From NCBI GenBank assembly GCA_951406725.2, contig OX597831.1, positions 66,092,001-66,156,000 on the forward strand: 64,000 nucleotides of DNA. The letters are read 5' to 3'. The notes beneath the pieces were generated by a model. The model did not search any database and was not told the DNA's origin. It saw nothing but the letters and a program-made list of their open reading frames with translations. This DNA comes from Octopus vulgaris (taxonomy: Eukaryota). The position numbers and the translations under genes are program-made. Below, piece after piece: positions 12,925 to 26,883 of the stretch; positions within the stretch are counted from its first letter, which is position 1; the number at the start of each line of letters is the position of its first letter.

Positions 12925-14875
12925 CACTATGAGACAAACTTAGCAAACAATGACCATAAGTGATCAATTGGTATGGAACCACCATCCTCAAGGTGTAACT
13001 AACCTAGGTTCTTATTATTACTTTCAAACAATATGTTAACATATTCAAATAATGTGCATAGCAGTTTTTTAATAGTTATATATACTGTTGTCCGATATAT
13101 GTTATGAGTTGATTTTAATTGTTAAGTCAGTCACAATGGATGTAATTCCATTCAAAATAATATCTTGTACCGAGCTTCACTCTTCAGCGCTAATTCTCTT
13201 TTCTTCTTATCCTATGATAAAACTGTAAATACATGCATAACTGTGTATAAATAGCACAAAAAAATCTGAGCAGAAAAAATATTTAACGAAACCATTACCT
13301 GTCTGTCTCAGAAAAAGATTATGCAGATATCTCAGTAAGCTAAAGCAAACAGTGCAATTACCAACTTAGAACAATCCAAAGTATCATTTTCAATGACAAA
13401 ACTTACAATTAATACCAAGTGACTCTTATGTCATGATAAATTCTGCTGAAAAGCTGAGAAATTAGCCTACTTAGCTATTGAATTAAAATAAATATGCAAT
13501 ATAAAGAATGCATTCATCATTATACTTCTAATTAGTACAAATGGAATGGTTTACAATCAGTTATGTAAAGTTATCAACAGGTTAACAATAAGTATATTTA
13601 CAAATTCCAAAAATAGCAATGTTATCAGAGCCATTTGTTCATCATGAAAATTTGTATGCACATCTTATTAGATGTACTTTATTCTTTGTGATATAAGAAA
13701 TAGAAGATATACTCCAAGCATATGCTAATAATGATGATGTTTTCTTGAGTTGGTGCCAACTTATAAACCAATAATGCTAAGTGGCTTGTTTTGTGCTTTT
13801 TATATTGGTTTTATGTTTTGTAAAATAAGACTACATAGTAAAAAGGAGTGACAGGCAGAAAAGAATGCTGAACTAAATTCCTTGCAATATCTTTTAGATA
13901 AGCCTCTGAGTTCAAATCATTACTGTTCAAGTTGATGGATTTTTGCCAAAGTTTGAAATCAGCATGATAAAATGAGTTAAAATTGTATCATACATTTAAT
14001 ACAAGCCAGCTCTGGATCTAACTAAAATGCCTTATACCACACCTGTTATGGGTGTCACTGCCCCATTGTACCACATCAAGAGGACATCTGAAAGCGCTTT
14101 CCACTCAAACACTGTGAGTCAAGTGAGACATAGTTTTCTACAGAAATCCTGGCCAAGTGGAAATAAATTTTTGTAAGTCTTCCACTTGGCCAGGATTTGA
14201 AAGAGTTACTGGGAACTAACCGACAAAAAATCGTGCATCAGTATTTCACCAGAAAACAATGATTTATACTCATGACAAAGCCAACTGATCTGGATTGTAT
14301 TATGACAGATAATATTTATTTTACCCTGTTCATCTTGGATTATGGTGTTGCTGTTCTAGTTTTCTCCTTCTGTGAGATATTAGAGACAACATGCAAACTG
14401 TGCATAGAGAGGTTGTCAAAGATCTTTTTTTGTGCTCCGTATAGCATCTATAAATCCTATTGTAATAATAGAAATAGCAACGACATGTGGGTATTCAATT
14501 AAGTCTTTAGCAGATCACCATGAATATGCTGTAAACAAAACAGCCTGATGCTGTTAACAACAAGCATAGTATTGATGCTTGATGCTTTTGATGAAAGATG
14601 AATAATTGATATCTAATGTCCTGCTGGCAGAAATGTTCCTTTAATGAGACGGAAGACTATAAAACCCAAGAGTGCACAAGAGACCATAAAGTTAGAGGAG
14701 TACAAGAGATAATGGAGAGCATGCGTTCAAACAATTATCTGATCGTTCTGATTTAGGCAGAGTCTAAATGGAAATCTCTCTCTCTCTCAAGAGGAGAAAA
14801 TAGGGAGACATAAACAATATTAAAAATAATTAACAGTACTATTCAGTTACTTTTTATTTTTTTAAAACATTTTTT

Positions 14876-15352
14876 GAATCTTTTCGGTTTTGATTTTTGA
14901 TTTTGATTTTTCCAGTTTCAGCTTATGAGCTGTGGCCATGCTGGGGCACCGCCATTTTGAACGGCAGTTTTTTCTAGCGGTGTCATATGAAATTGTCACC
15001 CATAATTATGACCCCTAGTATCGATCTATTGCATTTCAATCTGTTTTAGGGTTAGGGTTGGGGGGAAGGGTATCTTTTTTTCTTCACAAATGTAAATAAA
15101 CCCAATCTGTTTCTTAAACGAGGGGCATATTCATACAGCACAGAATGTTTTTTACCTCAATAGACGTCAGTGATTGGTTGAAATTGCAGAAATTGAAGAA
15201 AAAAAACAACTATCTTACAAACTGTAGAATTCTCTCAATAAAGCCAAGAGCAAAAGATGTTTTATAAACACATTCTACCAGTATACGAAGTTTAAAATTT
15301 TTTAGTTACCTAGAAATTATGTTAAAAACTGCCGTTCAAACTGAAAAGATCC
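14876..15352. mobile_element. Merlin-like TTAGGG MITE, copy 2, with a short SINE 3' end inserted in its left TIR
   Basis: TSD CATTTTTT/CATTTTTC; ~65-bp SINE tail (minus strand, ...GGCGGTGCCCCAGCATGGCCACAG) flanked by TTTTGA repeats at ~14888-14960. Confidence 0.85.
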
Positions 15353-17424
15353 CATTTTTCTATAGACATCCAGTATATGCCACACTCAAAGACTAATAGT
15401 GTGCAACAACACACTTGAAAGGTAAAGATCCAAGATAAAAACTGCCAAGACAAAAGACATTGATACAATAAACACTTTCCTAAACACAATCGTCAGAAAA
15501 GACTTTAATGACAGCAGCACATTCAAGAAAAGACAAAATGTAGATAACATTTAAGGAGACAAATTGAAACGTACTGAAAACCCCACACCAACAGATGCTT
15601 ACCTTGCTAAGATAACTGCAACAGCTTCTTGCCAGATACCAGACTCTACTCCATGACTACATGGCTACATCTATTTTTGATATAGAATTTTGATATCTTA
15701 TTCTTTTAGTTTAGTTTCTGAAAGTCTTAAAGAGATTCACTACTGTTCAAAGTGTTGCAAAAAAAGTGGCTGTTGCTTTTAATATTAATATATTTCTTAT
15801 CATTAAATAAGCTGTAACAAAATCTCTTGGAAACTGCAATACAAGTGAAATATGAAATATGAATACAGTTTTTACATAATTGAAATAATGTGATAGGACA
15901 TGCACCAACCAAATTTTAAAAAGTAGTATATAGCACAGTTAGTTTTAATTCAAAAAAGAATACTGATCAATTTTCATACTTTAAACATTAATTACATCAA
16001 TACCATTGATCTTGAAGTGACTACAAAAGCTATATGCACGGCGTATTCCTTTTGATAAAACCAATTAAAATATATAAATAAAAAATAACAGTACAATAAT
16101 AAAATAGAATCAAGAAAATTTTGTCAGAAAGCTAGCAAAACTGAATCTGTCATATTTTTACTAAATTACTTCGAAGAAGTTACTAATTTCCATTTGTACA
16201 TGGTGTACACTCACAAAATATCTGCTGTTAGACGGTTTAAAAGTTGGACAAATGTTGAACTTGGTCAAATTATCATTAAACATGTTAATCTTTCATTCAG
16301 TCAAGTGTATCCATATGAACTCTGTTTCTTCTAAATAACAAAGATCCCTTGGTTTTCCTTTGTTCTTGTTTTTATTCATTCTGTTTGATCCTTGATTTAT
16401 ATTTTTAATTCATTCTTCTAATTCATTTTTCTAACATCTCTCTTTTATCATATGTTGTTTGTCTTGGTTTTCTGTTGTAAATTTCCAGCAATCACAATAT
16501 TTTCTGCCTTTTGCTATTGCCTACTCAACAATGTACATTGCGTCATGCATGGTTGATTGCAGAAGTATCTAGAAGAGAAATAGGAAAACCAGGTATAAGG
16601 TTGGCTGCAAAAGTCAACGGCAAAAAAACAAAGTTGAGACTATGAAGTATCAACATATTTTGAAATTAGATTATGCAAATAAAACTAATTAAAACAATGA
16701 AATTTGGGGGAAAATGACTTACATTTAATTTTTACTTTCTTTCTGCTTAAAAATTTTTTTTTATCAGTTATAGTATTTTTGTCTTTACACATGAATTAGT
16801 CAGTAACTTAGTATAGCATTGCATATCAGTAAAAGGACCAAGGGAAAATATCTCATACAATTCTGCATACTAAATACAAATACAGTAAATAGGGTCTCAC
16901 ATAGGTAACATAATGGTTAAAAAGTTTACCTTTATTTCTGTGTATGTTGATCACCTCTGCATCTTGCTGACTAATCTAAATATGCTTTACTGGGGGGAGA
17001 TATTATTTGTCGTTTTTAAACACCTCTAGAGCTAGATTTTCATCTGTAATTGCATGACTTTTCTCAAATAATCAAAGCTTTTCAACTCATTATGTTACTT
17101 ATGTGAGACCATATCGCATATGAGATTAAAAGTAAAAAAAAATAGTGGAAAAAAGGGAATTTTATAGTAAATAATTGATGCAGAAAAATTGGCAAGCACT
17201 GAATAGGTTTATATAGTTGGACATTAGTTCATAATATATAAAATAATATGTACTTTAACCTATCTTGCTATGCATACTGAGAAACTGACTAATCATTGTG
17301 GGGATGTAAAAGGAGTAGAGTTGAGAAAATAGGGGGAAAAAACCAAAAAATAGATTAAAATGAGCCTGTTTTCACTTTTCCATTTTAAATTTGTGTTTAT
17401 GATATTATATAGGCATAATCTGTA

Positions 17425-17434
17425 CATGTGTGTT

Positions 17435-17475
<41 letters not shown>

Positions 17476-17521
17476 GAGAGAGACAGAGAGAGTGTGTGTG
17501 AGAGAGAGAGTGAGAGAGAGT

Positions 17522-17553
<32 letters not shown>

Positions 17554-17733
17554 TGAGTAGCATCATCAACAGCTACATGACAATACAGGTCCTTGTTCTG
17601 ATTCTATTCCTGAGATAAAAAATGATAGTAGATGAAGGATGGCAATAGAGATAGTTCAGAGGGAGAGACAGAGAGAGGGAGGGAAGGAGAGAGAGAGGAA
17701 GAGATATGGAGAGAGAGGGAGGGAGAGATAGTT

Positions 17734-17765
<32 letters not shown>
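17425..17765. repeat. (TG)n/(GA)n microsatellite cluster
   Basis: Seen directly. Confidence 0.9.
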
Positions 17766-17768
<3 letters not shown>

Positions 17769-18039
17769 TGAGCACAGTAAAGTGAATTGTATTGAATGAT
17801 GGTGGTCTAATGCAGTTCCCTGTGTATAGGTTTACTAAAGGACAGGTGAGCAGAGTGATGAGGTAATTGCAATCAACACAGGTGGTTGGGAGATGAAAGA
17901 TGTGGTGGTGGGGTTATGAATGCCAAAGAGGGAGGCAAGAAGAAGGGAGTAAGCTATAGGTAGATAGGAGAGGGTGTCAAAAATATAAGATGAGGGAAAT
18001 GCAAATGCAGCCCTGGCAAATACTGCAGCCCCTAATTAC

Positions 18040-20500
18040 TACCCTTGAGTCAGAGTGCATGTTGTTATGGGTGGACAGGTCTTCAGCACTGCATAACATC
18101 AATCAGTATGGTCCTTTGTAAGATACAATATCTTCAGCTCATGCTTTACCACCCAGTCCCATGCTTTACCACCCAGTCCCATGCTTTACCACCCAGTCCC
18201 ATGCTTTACCACCCAGTCCCATGCTTTATCACCCTGTCCCATGCTTTACCACCCAGTCCCATGCTTTACCACCCAGTCCCATGCTTTACCACCCATTCCC
18301 ATGCTTTACCACCCAGTCCCATGTTTTACCTCTCAGTTCCATGCTTTACCACCCAGTCCCATGCTTTACCACCCAGTCCCATGTTTTACCACCCAGTCCC
18401 ATGCTTTACCACCATGTCCCATGCTTTACCACCCAGTCCCATGCTTTACCACCCAGTCCCATGCTTTACCACCCAGTCCCATGCTTTACCACCCAGTCCC
18501 ATGCTTTACCACCCATTCCCATGCTTTACCACCCAGTCCCATGTTTTACCACCCAGTCCCATGTTTTACCTCTCAGTCCCATGCTTTACCACCCAGTCCC
18601 ATGCTTTACCACCCAGTCCCATGCTTTACCACCCAGTCCCATGCTTTACCACCCAGTCCCATGCTTTACCACCCAGTCCCATGCTTTACCACCCAGTCCC
18701 ATGCTTTACCACCCAGTCCCATGCTTTACCACCCATTCCCATGCTTTACCACCCAGTCCCATGCTTTACCACCCAGTCCCATGCTTTACCACCCAGTCCC
18801 ATGTTTACCCCAGTCCCATGCTTTACCACCCAGTCCCATGCTTTACCACCCAGTCCCATGCTTTACCACCCAGTCCTATGCTTTACCACCCAGTCCCATG
18901 TTTTACCTCTCAGTCCCATGCTTTACCACCCAGTCCCATGCTTTACCACCCAGTCCCATGCTTTACCACCCAGTCCCATGCTTTACCACCCATTCCCATG
19001 CTTTACCACCCAGTCCCATGTTTTACCACCCAGTCCCATCTCTTCCTCAGTCTCTCTCTCTCTCTTTCATGATTTCACTAATTTGGAGTGCACAGCACTT
19101 CTTTATGCAGTAATTGTTCTCCATATGCATCACATGCTCCAGCATTTTTTCTTTTGTACACAATACCTGATTCTTTGCATATACAGTTTTTCTCTCAGTT
19201 CTATTGTATTCTAGCAATCATGCACATTAACATTATGCATCTATTCAAGTATCATTTCTTTATGGCCTTTGAATATTTCCCACATTCCAAATCCATATCT
19301 TATTATCATAGTTCCAACACAAATACCAAATAGTCTTTCACTCTGAGGGCAAAGGTCTATATTGCTACCAGAGATGGTAGCTCCCTGAACATTCTCCAAA
19401 CTGTTCTTATCCTGACTACTATATTTTTGGAACAACCACCTCCCTTGTTAATTATGCCAACTAGGTAACATAAGCCTTTGATTACTTCTAGTGGGCTATT
19501 CAGGAATTTAAGAGAGTTTACCCCTTGTGTGCTCTTTGTGCATATTGCACTAGGAAGAGTCTAAGAGCACACAGTATCTACCACATACAAAGTTTGTGAG
19601 TCCATAATTTATACTGGATTAAGCATATATGGTTTATACTCACACTTTTCTTCATATTGAGCAAAGCCTTTTCCCTGATGACACCATGATATTGTCTTCT
19701 TTCCTACTTACAAATACCTTAGTCTTTGCTAAGTCCTCTTTCTGCTCTGTTTCACTATAGTGGAATTTCTTCCCTACTTCTACTATAGATTCGGCTATAA
19801 GAACTAGATCATCAGCCTATAGAAATTACCATAGACAGTCTCTGTGATCACCTGTAGGACTATAATAAATATGAATGGGATGAGAATTGAGCCTTAATTA
19901 GCTTCTATTTTTAAGCTAAATTATTTGCTGAGTTCATCGTTGGCTCTCACTGCATGATTGACAGCACCTTTGGACATAGCTTGAAATCTTTACAAACCAT
20001 GTGTCTACCTAATTTCCTTAGTGCCCCGCCAATTACAGAGTGTGGCACTCTGTCAGAGACCTACTCCAAGTCAATGAATGCTAGGTATAGTGGTTTATTG
20101 TCAATCAAATGTTACTAGGAAAATTGCATCTGTTGCTACTTTGCAGGCATGAAGCCAGATTGCATTTCATCTGAACTAATTCTGTTTCTGCCTTGACTCT
20201 CTCTTTAACCTTTGTAACCTGATCAAATAATTTAGAGCTTCTACAATTTTCAATCTGAAAAACATTTCCCATGCCTTTGTATCTGTTTACAATGACACTG
20301 CTCTATCAGTCATAGGATATGACACCTTCCTGTATTACTTGATTAATTATTCAGGTAACTATCATGTATCACACATTGCCAGATACTCTGAGTGCCACAG
20401 TGACTAACCTTGACGGGCCAGCAGTTTTGTCTACTTTCATATCCTTAATAGCTTTATCTACTCAAAGTACTTGAAATCACTGACCACTTTGAGCTGTATG
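18040..20500 (-). mobile_element. Degenerate RTE-clade LINE that hosts the minisatellite
   Basis: Minus-strand peptide remnants MKVDKTAGPS, PLYLAFIDLE and C-terminal RKRWDWVVKHELK; many stops and frameshifts; boundaries approximate. Confidence 0.7.
18141..19037. repeat. 20-bp minisatellite (ATGCTTTACCACCCAGTCCC) x ~45
   Basis: 33 units, then one 17-bp unit, then 11 units; no spacers; recurring variant units. Confidence 0.98.
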
Positions 20501-20639
20501 TCACAATGAAAACGAATTGACAAGTAACTTTCATTATCATTGATAGTTATGTCTCAAGAAACAAACTGACTTTGGTTGCAGCATCCTCAAAGGGTTAACG
20601 AGTTTTGCACACCACACCGTTGATGAATTGTGAGTGCAA

Positions 20640-21400
20640 AATCATAAGCATTGTCAGGATCAAAGAGATACCGGTTCTGCTGTTGTCTTCATTTCTTCTC
20701 CTTGATGGAAGCCATTTTGTCTTGGATGGGGATGAAGGTTTTGCTTAAGGATGCAATCCACTACAGTCACAAAGAGAAAAGTAACTCTCATGTCTCCCTG
20801 AAGGATTCCTATGTTATTGGACATTTCTTAGTTGAATCATTTGTGTTCTGTACAAAGCTTAGTGGGTTTCCATAGCGATGGTGATGGCTTTGACAATCTC
20901 ATCTGGAAAATTATAGTAATATGGTCTTTCTGTATCAATTACTTTAGAGAAAGTCACAAATGTGATTGATGCCTTTTGCTTGAAGATTCTTGGCACTTCT
21001 ATAGTTTTTCTAAAGGAAAGGACCTGTGGTAATGTTGAGCTGTTTTGGTTCTGTTGAAGATAAAACTAGTATTGGGGAAAATTCTATTAAGGAGTATTAA
21101 ATTGTAGGTTTTGGTGGGCTAGAGAGGAGATTATAATTCTGTTGCAGTTCTGAAGACCTCCTTTCTTTAGAAGTGGAATAATTAAAGACTTCAAGAAAGC
21201 CTTTGGTGTTTTTTCTTTTTTTTTATAGATCTTGTTACAAAAGTCGAACAGGTATTTGTGAATGAGAGGATTCTTCCAGATAATGGGTTGGAGCTTGTCT
21301 GGACTTGATGTTTTGTTATTTCATTGATTTTTTGTATTTAAAAATTCAGGGCATGTATACAGAACATTTTTTCTATGAAGCTGAAACCTGAACTATGAAG
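20640..21400 (-). mobile_element. Degenerate LINE reverse-transcriptase fragment (RTE-like)
   Basis: Minus-strand GILQGD motif near 20790-20810 and other RT-like remnants; frameshifted. Confidence 0.6.
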
Positions 21401-21448
21401 AAGGAGTTTTAAGAATGCATTGATGGTATATATATATATATATATATA

Positions 21449-21607
21449 TCATCATCATCGTTTAACGTCCGCTTTCCATGCTAGAATGGGTTGGACGGTT
21501 TTGACTGAGGGCTGGCAAACCAGATGGTTGCACCAGGCTCCAATCTTGATTTGGCAGAGTTTCTACAGCTGGATGCCCTTCCTAATGCCAACCACTTCGA
21601 GAGTGTA

Positions 21608-21609
<2 letters not shown>
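21449..21609 (-). mobile_element. RTE-tail SINE family D (ends ...GTTAAACGATGATGAT)
   Basis: Shared CAGCTGGATGCCCTTCCTAA core; homologues at 37248, 38078, 39087, 48034, 51685, 59086. Confidence 0.85.
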
Positions 21610-21646
<37 letters not shown>

Positions 21647-23181
21647 TGTGTGAAATTTGATTTAGTATTTCTAAATTGAATTTTTTCCCTGTAAGTTAGG
21701 ATTATATTCCCTCAAATAATTATATATATATACACCAAACTTCTCATGTCATGAACACAAGTCCAAAGAGGAGATTTATATTGCATTCCACTCATCTATT
21801 ATTACTATTACCTGTTATTATTGAATACAGAGCAGGCTTTGCTGATTGACTATTGCTGTTGTGCTTGAACAACAGACTTTATCAGATGTTATATTTTGGA
21901 CACTTCTGCACTCTAATAGAGAGGATGGGGGACCATTTAGTCACGCACAACATGCAACTGAGGATCCACCAAAGCTAACAGTGGTGGCAGTGGTAGGGAC
22001 AGAGGTTATTGGTGCAGCATTGTGAGATAGATCTCAAATGTATTTGCATGAAGAGAGAGAGAGAGAAATAGAGAGAGAGAGTGTGTATATGTGTGTGTGT
22101 GTGTGTGTGCACGCGCACGAAGCTTTATAAGCTATTTCTTTCATTTTTCATAATGTTAGTAGGTCTGTAATCGGTAATAAGGCAATCATTTGACAACCAC
22201 AATGTCAATGGTTGTTTTATGTCTTCAGCTCTGATGTCTCCGACCATAACTACATGCCATTGTTTCTATGATAATATAACAAAGAATTTCTTTTTACTGT
22301 TCAACCTGTTATTCATTGTCCTTTTCACCTCTTTTTGACATTTTATTTCTCTAAAATATTCTTTTGTGTGCACTTGAGCTATATTTAACAATATTATCTT
22401 TGTGCAATTTAGATATTGAATAGTTCAAGAAGTGTCTATACAAAGCTGCATTGTCCTGTGAAATATTCCATGCCTCTAATGTATCCATATCACTAATGCA
22501 CTGTTTCATTCATTCTGGGAGAAAATACCTGAGCTACAAGAATGATATTTACTTCTTTATAAAGTCTATCATTGTGTGAGACTGTACCAGAAACTATAAA
22601 TATGTCTATTTGTTTTGTCATATAAATGTCTTGAAACAAATGATGTTAGAATTATATGTGTTGAGGACACACGTAGCTGTTTGTTGACTACAATACGACC
22701 AAACCATTAACATTTTGGTATCTTTAGTGAAAAGGCAAAAAAACAATGAGACAAATTTGTATTTTAAAAATTGGTGAAAATTCAAAGACATTCATGGAAC
22801 GTGATTAAAAACAAGATGCAAAGTATTACTAAAATAGGAAATCTGAGAGAAAATCACTCTTGTTTCTATTCTTTATTGAATTGCTGCAGGAATGCCTGCT
22901 GCTTTTATTGTCTATTCTAACTGAACAACAGTTTTTTTTTTTTGTTAACTGGAAATTACCAAATTATTTTTATTGCTTTGGAGTATATATGATATGGCTG
23001 TGTGAATCTATTCAAAGAGAGTTTGAAAGTTTTCACTGTGTATTTCATGAGTAGCTCTATGTATATATTATCTTGAAATACATCTGTATTTTAAAGTTGT
23101 CGAATGAGACTAGTTTGTATTGTCTACATTGCAGCATTTTTCTGGGGTTTGTATTTTAGAATCGCTCCATGTCTGGTTTAA

Positions 23182-23654
23182 CCCTTTCGTTACCAACCTG
23201 GCCGAAACTGGCTCTGGCTCTGAAGTACAAATGTCTTGTTTTCATAAGTTTTGCATCAAAATATACCACCAAACCTTAGTTGCAATTTATATTCCTAACA
23301 CTAGCTTAATGATAATTAAGTTATTTTACTAAATTCTTTGTTATATTTAAAATAATTGAAAGAAACACAGAGCATCTCAAAATAAATACAGTAATGAAAG
23401 GGTTAAAATATATAATAGAGAAACAATTCTTAACCCTTTTGATACCAGCCTAGCAGAAACCACTTCTGGTTCTGTAGTACAAATGTCTTGTTTTCATAAG
23501 TTTTGAATAAAAATCTTCCACCAAACCTTAGTCACAACTTATGTTCCTAACACTAGCTTAATGATAACTAAGTTATTTTACTAAATTCTTTGTTATATTT
23601 AAAATAATTGAAAGAAACACAGAGCATCTCAAAATAAATACGGTAATAAAAGGG
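23182..23654. mobile_element. Dimer of 221-bp piggyBac-like MITEs
   Basis: TTAA-CCCTTT...AAAGGG-TTAA units at 23182-23402 and 23434-23654, joined by the linker AATATATAATAGAGAAACAATTC. Confidence 0.9.
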
Positions 23655-24817
23655 TTAAAGTGACTAGGTTGCTTATGAATGGTACCTTTTAGCAAAAAGT
23701 TACGGAGAAATAAAATAAAGAAGAACAGATTTATTGTACAGAAGAATGAAAATGAGAAACATAATGCTGTGACATACCTGAGTTGATAGAATGGTGAATT
23801 AAAAGTGTACCATTGACAGATGCAGGGATGGAGTGATCTGGCATCAAGTTTCCAGTCAAAAAGACGAGAGTCAGTTGGAGCCCATAAATGAACGACTGAG
23901 TTAAAGGATATACCAGATGCATTTAAAGATGTTCTTGTTGCAAAAGCAACAAGATAACTTTTTCCAAGGTTCTCAAAAACAAAATACTACAGGTATGTAA
24001 AATAGAAGTGAGAATTTCAGTCTATTTTATGAATGGAAATAACAGTAACAAGCATTGAATAGAGAGAGAGAGAGACTCCAGGTGATAAAAGAAAATACCA
24101 TTTGTTTCCAGCTTTGAGAAACCAGAATTTTCTGTCTGTCTGTCGGTCTTTTTCTAATTTTTTTGGTAGGGTAGGTTGTGAGGGGTAGGTGTAACATCCA
24201 GTTTGACACCAACTCCTGGACCATGCAGGTTTTTTTTTGTAGAGTTCTTTCTGTTGTAAGTTTTGGAATTAGGCTCCAAGTAGGATGTTATTGGAGTTTA
24301 AAGACTCCTATGACACTATCCTAGATGCCAAAAACTAAAGCTAACCCCAGTGAACAAACCTCTCATCTCTTTTTCTAACATTTGTGAACTCCAACCAATT
24401 CAGCTCCCACTTACAAGCACCTCTTACAAGCACAATAAACCACATATCCTATTCTTCACATGTTTCTCAGCCATCTGCACTCACTCAGGTTATATACACT
24501 TTACTTTTCACACTCACTGGTGGTGTCTGTGTCTATGTAAATTCCATTCTTTTTGCCACTAACATGTTTCATCTAGACATCCTTAATAAAAATGTCTGGT
24601 TATTCTGGCTCAGAGTTTCCTTCCCCCACTCTTCTGAATACATCTGCCTCCTCTGCTGCTCTTTGATCTCCTCCAAATACTTTTAATCTTACCTGCAAGT
24701 CTACCAATCCATCACCATTCTCTGCTCCTATTGGATCATCTGAATACTGCCTTATTATGACTACCCACCATACATACAATAAAAACTACACAATGCCTTG
24801 CTTCATTCCCTCACCCT

Positions 24818-24823
<6 letters not shown>

Positions 24824-24903
<80 letters not shown>

Positions 24904-25198
24904 CCTTCTCGAGCCATGCCTGACTCATAAGGGCTGGTTTCCCAGTTTCTTGGCGTATAGGTTCCCCACCTGGACGGGATGCCGGTCCATCGCAGGTGAG
25001 CTGCAAGATGCAGGAGGAAAGAGTGAGAGAAAGTTGTGGCGAAAGAATCAGCAGAAGTTTCGCCATTACCTTCTGCCGGAGCCGCGTGGAGCTTAGGTGT
25101 TTTCGCTCATAAACACACACCTCGCCCGGTCTGAGATTCGAACCTGCGATCCCTCGACCGTGAGTCCACTGCTCTAACCACTAGGCCATGTGCCTCCA
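24824..25198 (-). mobile_element. tRNA-derived SINE family A with tail expanded into (TA)n(TG)n
   Basis: Box A TGGCCTAGTGG and box B GGTTCGAATC on the minus strand; 14-bp TSD CTCACCCTACTTTA (24810-24823, 25199-25212). Confidence 0.92.
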
Positions 25199-25837
25199 CT
25201 CACCCTACTTTACTTCAAGTCAACTCTATGGTTAGAGCTCCTCTATTTCCAAGTTAACCACCTTCAGCATCACATGTGGCTTCACTCTTGAAACAACTAA
25301 CCAGGTGACTGAAACCATTCTCCTAGAATGTACTTCCACATGCAACACAGAACAAAACTCATGGCCCAAAGTTCCCAGTATGCTTCCCTCGTAACTGTGC
25401 TACAGCACTCCATGACTCAGAATGATCGTACAAGATCACTCGTCTGCACTAGCTAAATGGTTCTTATTCAGTTCCATAACTCCTGCACAACCGCCATCCA
25501 AACCATAAAGAACACTGTGCACAGTATAAGGGCATTCATGCTCCCTTCCTGAATAGTAGTAGACCGTTTTGGTCCTTTGTCTACAAAGACCCTCCATTTC
25601 CCAATCATAATAGTTCTGTATGAAGAATTGTCTTACAAGGGATAGCCTTCACTCATGCGGCACAATTTGCCCGGGTTGCTTAGTTCCACATTGCACAAGT
25701 ACTATCGTGCATATATGCATATTAAGTGAAAAAGACTGTAATCAATTCAAACCAACAAGTAGCGGACATTAAACAAATGATGATGATGATTATGATGATA
25801 GTACCCTAATATAATATGTCCTGACTGAACTCTTCAA

Positions 25838-25917
25838 TCTGTCTGTCTGTCTCTGTCTGTCTGCCTGCCTGTCTGTCTGTCTGTTTCTGTCTCTCTGTCT
25901 CTCTGTCTCTCTCTCAC

Positions 25918-25980
<63 letters not shown>

Positions 25981-25985
25981 GTCTG

Positions 25986-26028
<43 letters not shown>

Positions 26029-26050
26029 GTCTGTCTGTCTGTCTGTCTAT
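25838..26050. repeat. (CTGT)n/(ATCT)n tetranucleotide microsatellite
   Basis: Seen directly. Confidence 0.95.
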
Positions 26051-26883
26051 CCTGATTTTTCAAAGCATGTTACAGTGTAACCTATTCTGACCCTTTTGAC
26101 TCTGCTAACTAACACCCTTCCTCTTCAAAACCAGGACTCTGCAATTGAGCTCAGACGAGATCCATAAAGGATCATTGCTCTCATATCTAATATGGTGTTA
26201 ATAATGATTTCAAGTTTTGGTACAAAGTCGGAATTTTTTAGAAATGTTGATTACATTGATCTAAGAGTTCAACAGGTACTTCTTATTTTACCAACCCCAA
26301 AAGAATGAACAGCAAAGTCAACCTTAGTGTCCCATGGGTTGAAAATGTAAAACTGGAAGAAATGCCTTGAAGCATGGTGTCCATAATGCCAACAATTCTG
26401 CCAGCTTACCACCTTTTTCTTCAAACTAACAGTAATCCTTTCTACTATAGGCACAAGGCCTGAAATTTTGGGGGAAAAGGTTAGTCAATTTCATTGGCCC
26501 AAAAGGATGAAAGGCAATAATAATAAAAAAACAAAAACAAATGTATGTTTAAAATTGAATATTTTTTATCACTTAGTCAAGAGGATATGTGGTTCATGTG
26601 ATTCTTTATGAGAACTTTCATAGGTAAAACAACAAAAAGAGAAGAAAATATTGTCAAGTCAGAGACTTGGCTCAGATACTTGCAACAGAGTGGCTAAAAG
26701 CCACCCTGTCTGATGCTCTATCAATCCCTCTAGTCTGTTTTCCTACTGTACTATTCTGTTTATAGATCCTGGGAGGATGAAAAGCAAAGTTTATGTTGGA
26801 ATATTTAGTGAAAATGCAAAATAAATATTATTTTCATTTGAGATGTTCAGATATTTAAAATATAATTACTTTCTTTTATTACA

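Noticed and set aside
16490-16592. Possible cassette exon (TTCCAG|...CCAG|GTATAA)
   Set aside because: Not frame-preserving, the peptide is unrecognisable, and nothing else supports it.
18045-19214. Three overlapping 300-390-aa ORFs (MLYHPVPCFTTQSHALPPSP repeats), or a CRISPR-like array
   Set aside because: A stop-free 20-bp unit is open in all three frames by arithmetic. There are no spacers, cas genes or convincing splice context, and the unit derives from a LINE remnant.
23969-23992. 24-nt microexon candidate with strong donor CAG|GTATGT
   Set aside because: AAG acceptor with a short pyrimidine tract, inside decayed repeat-like sequence.
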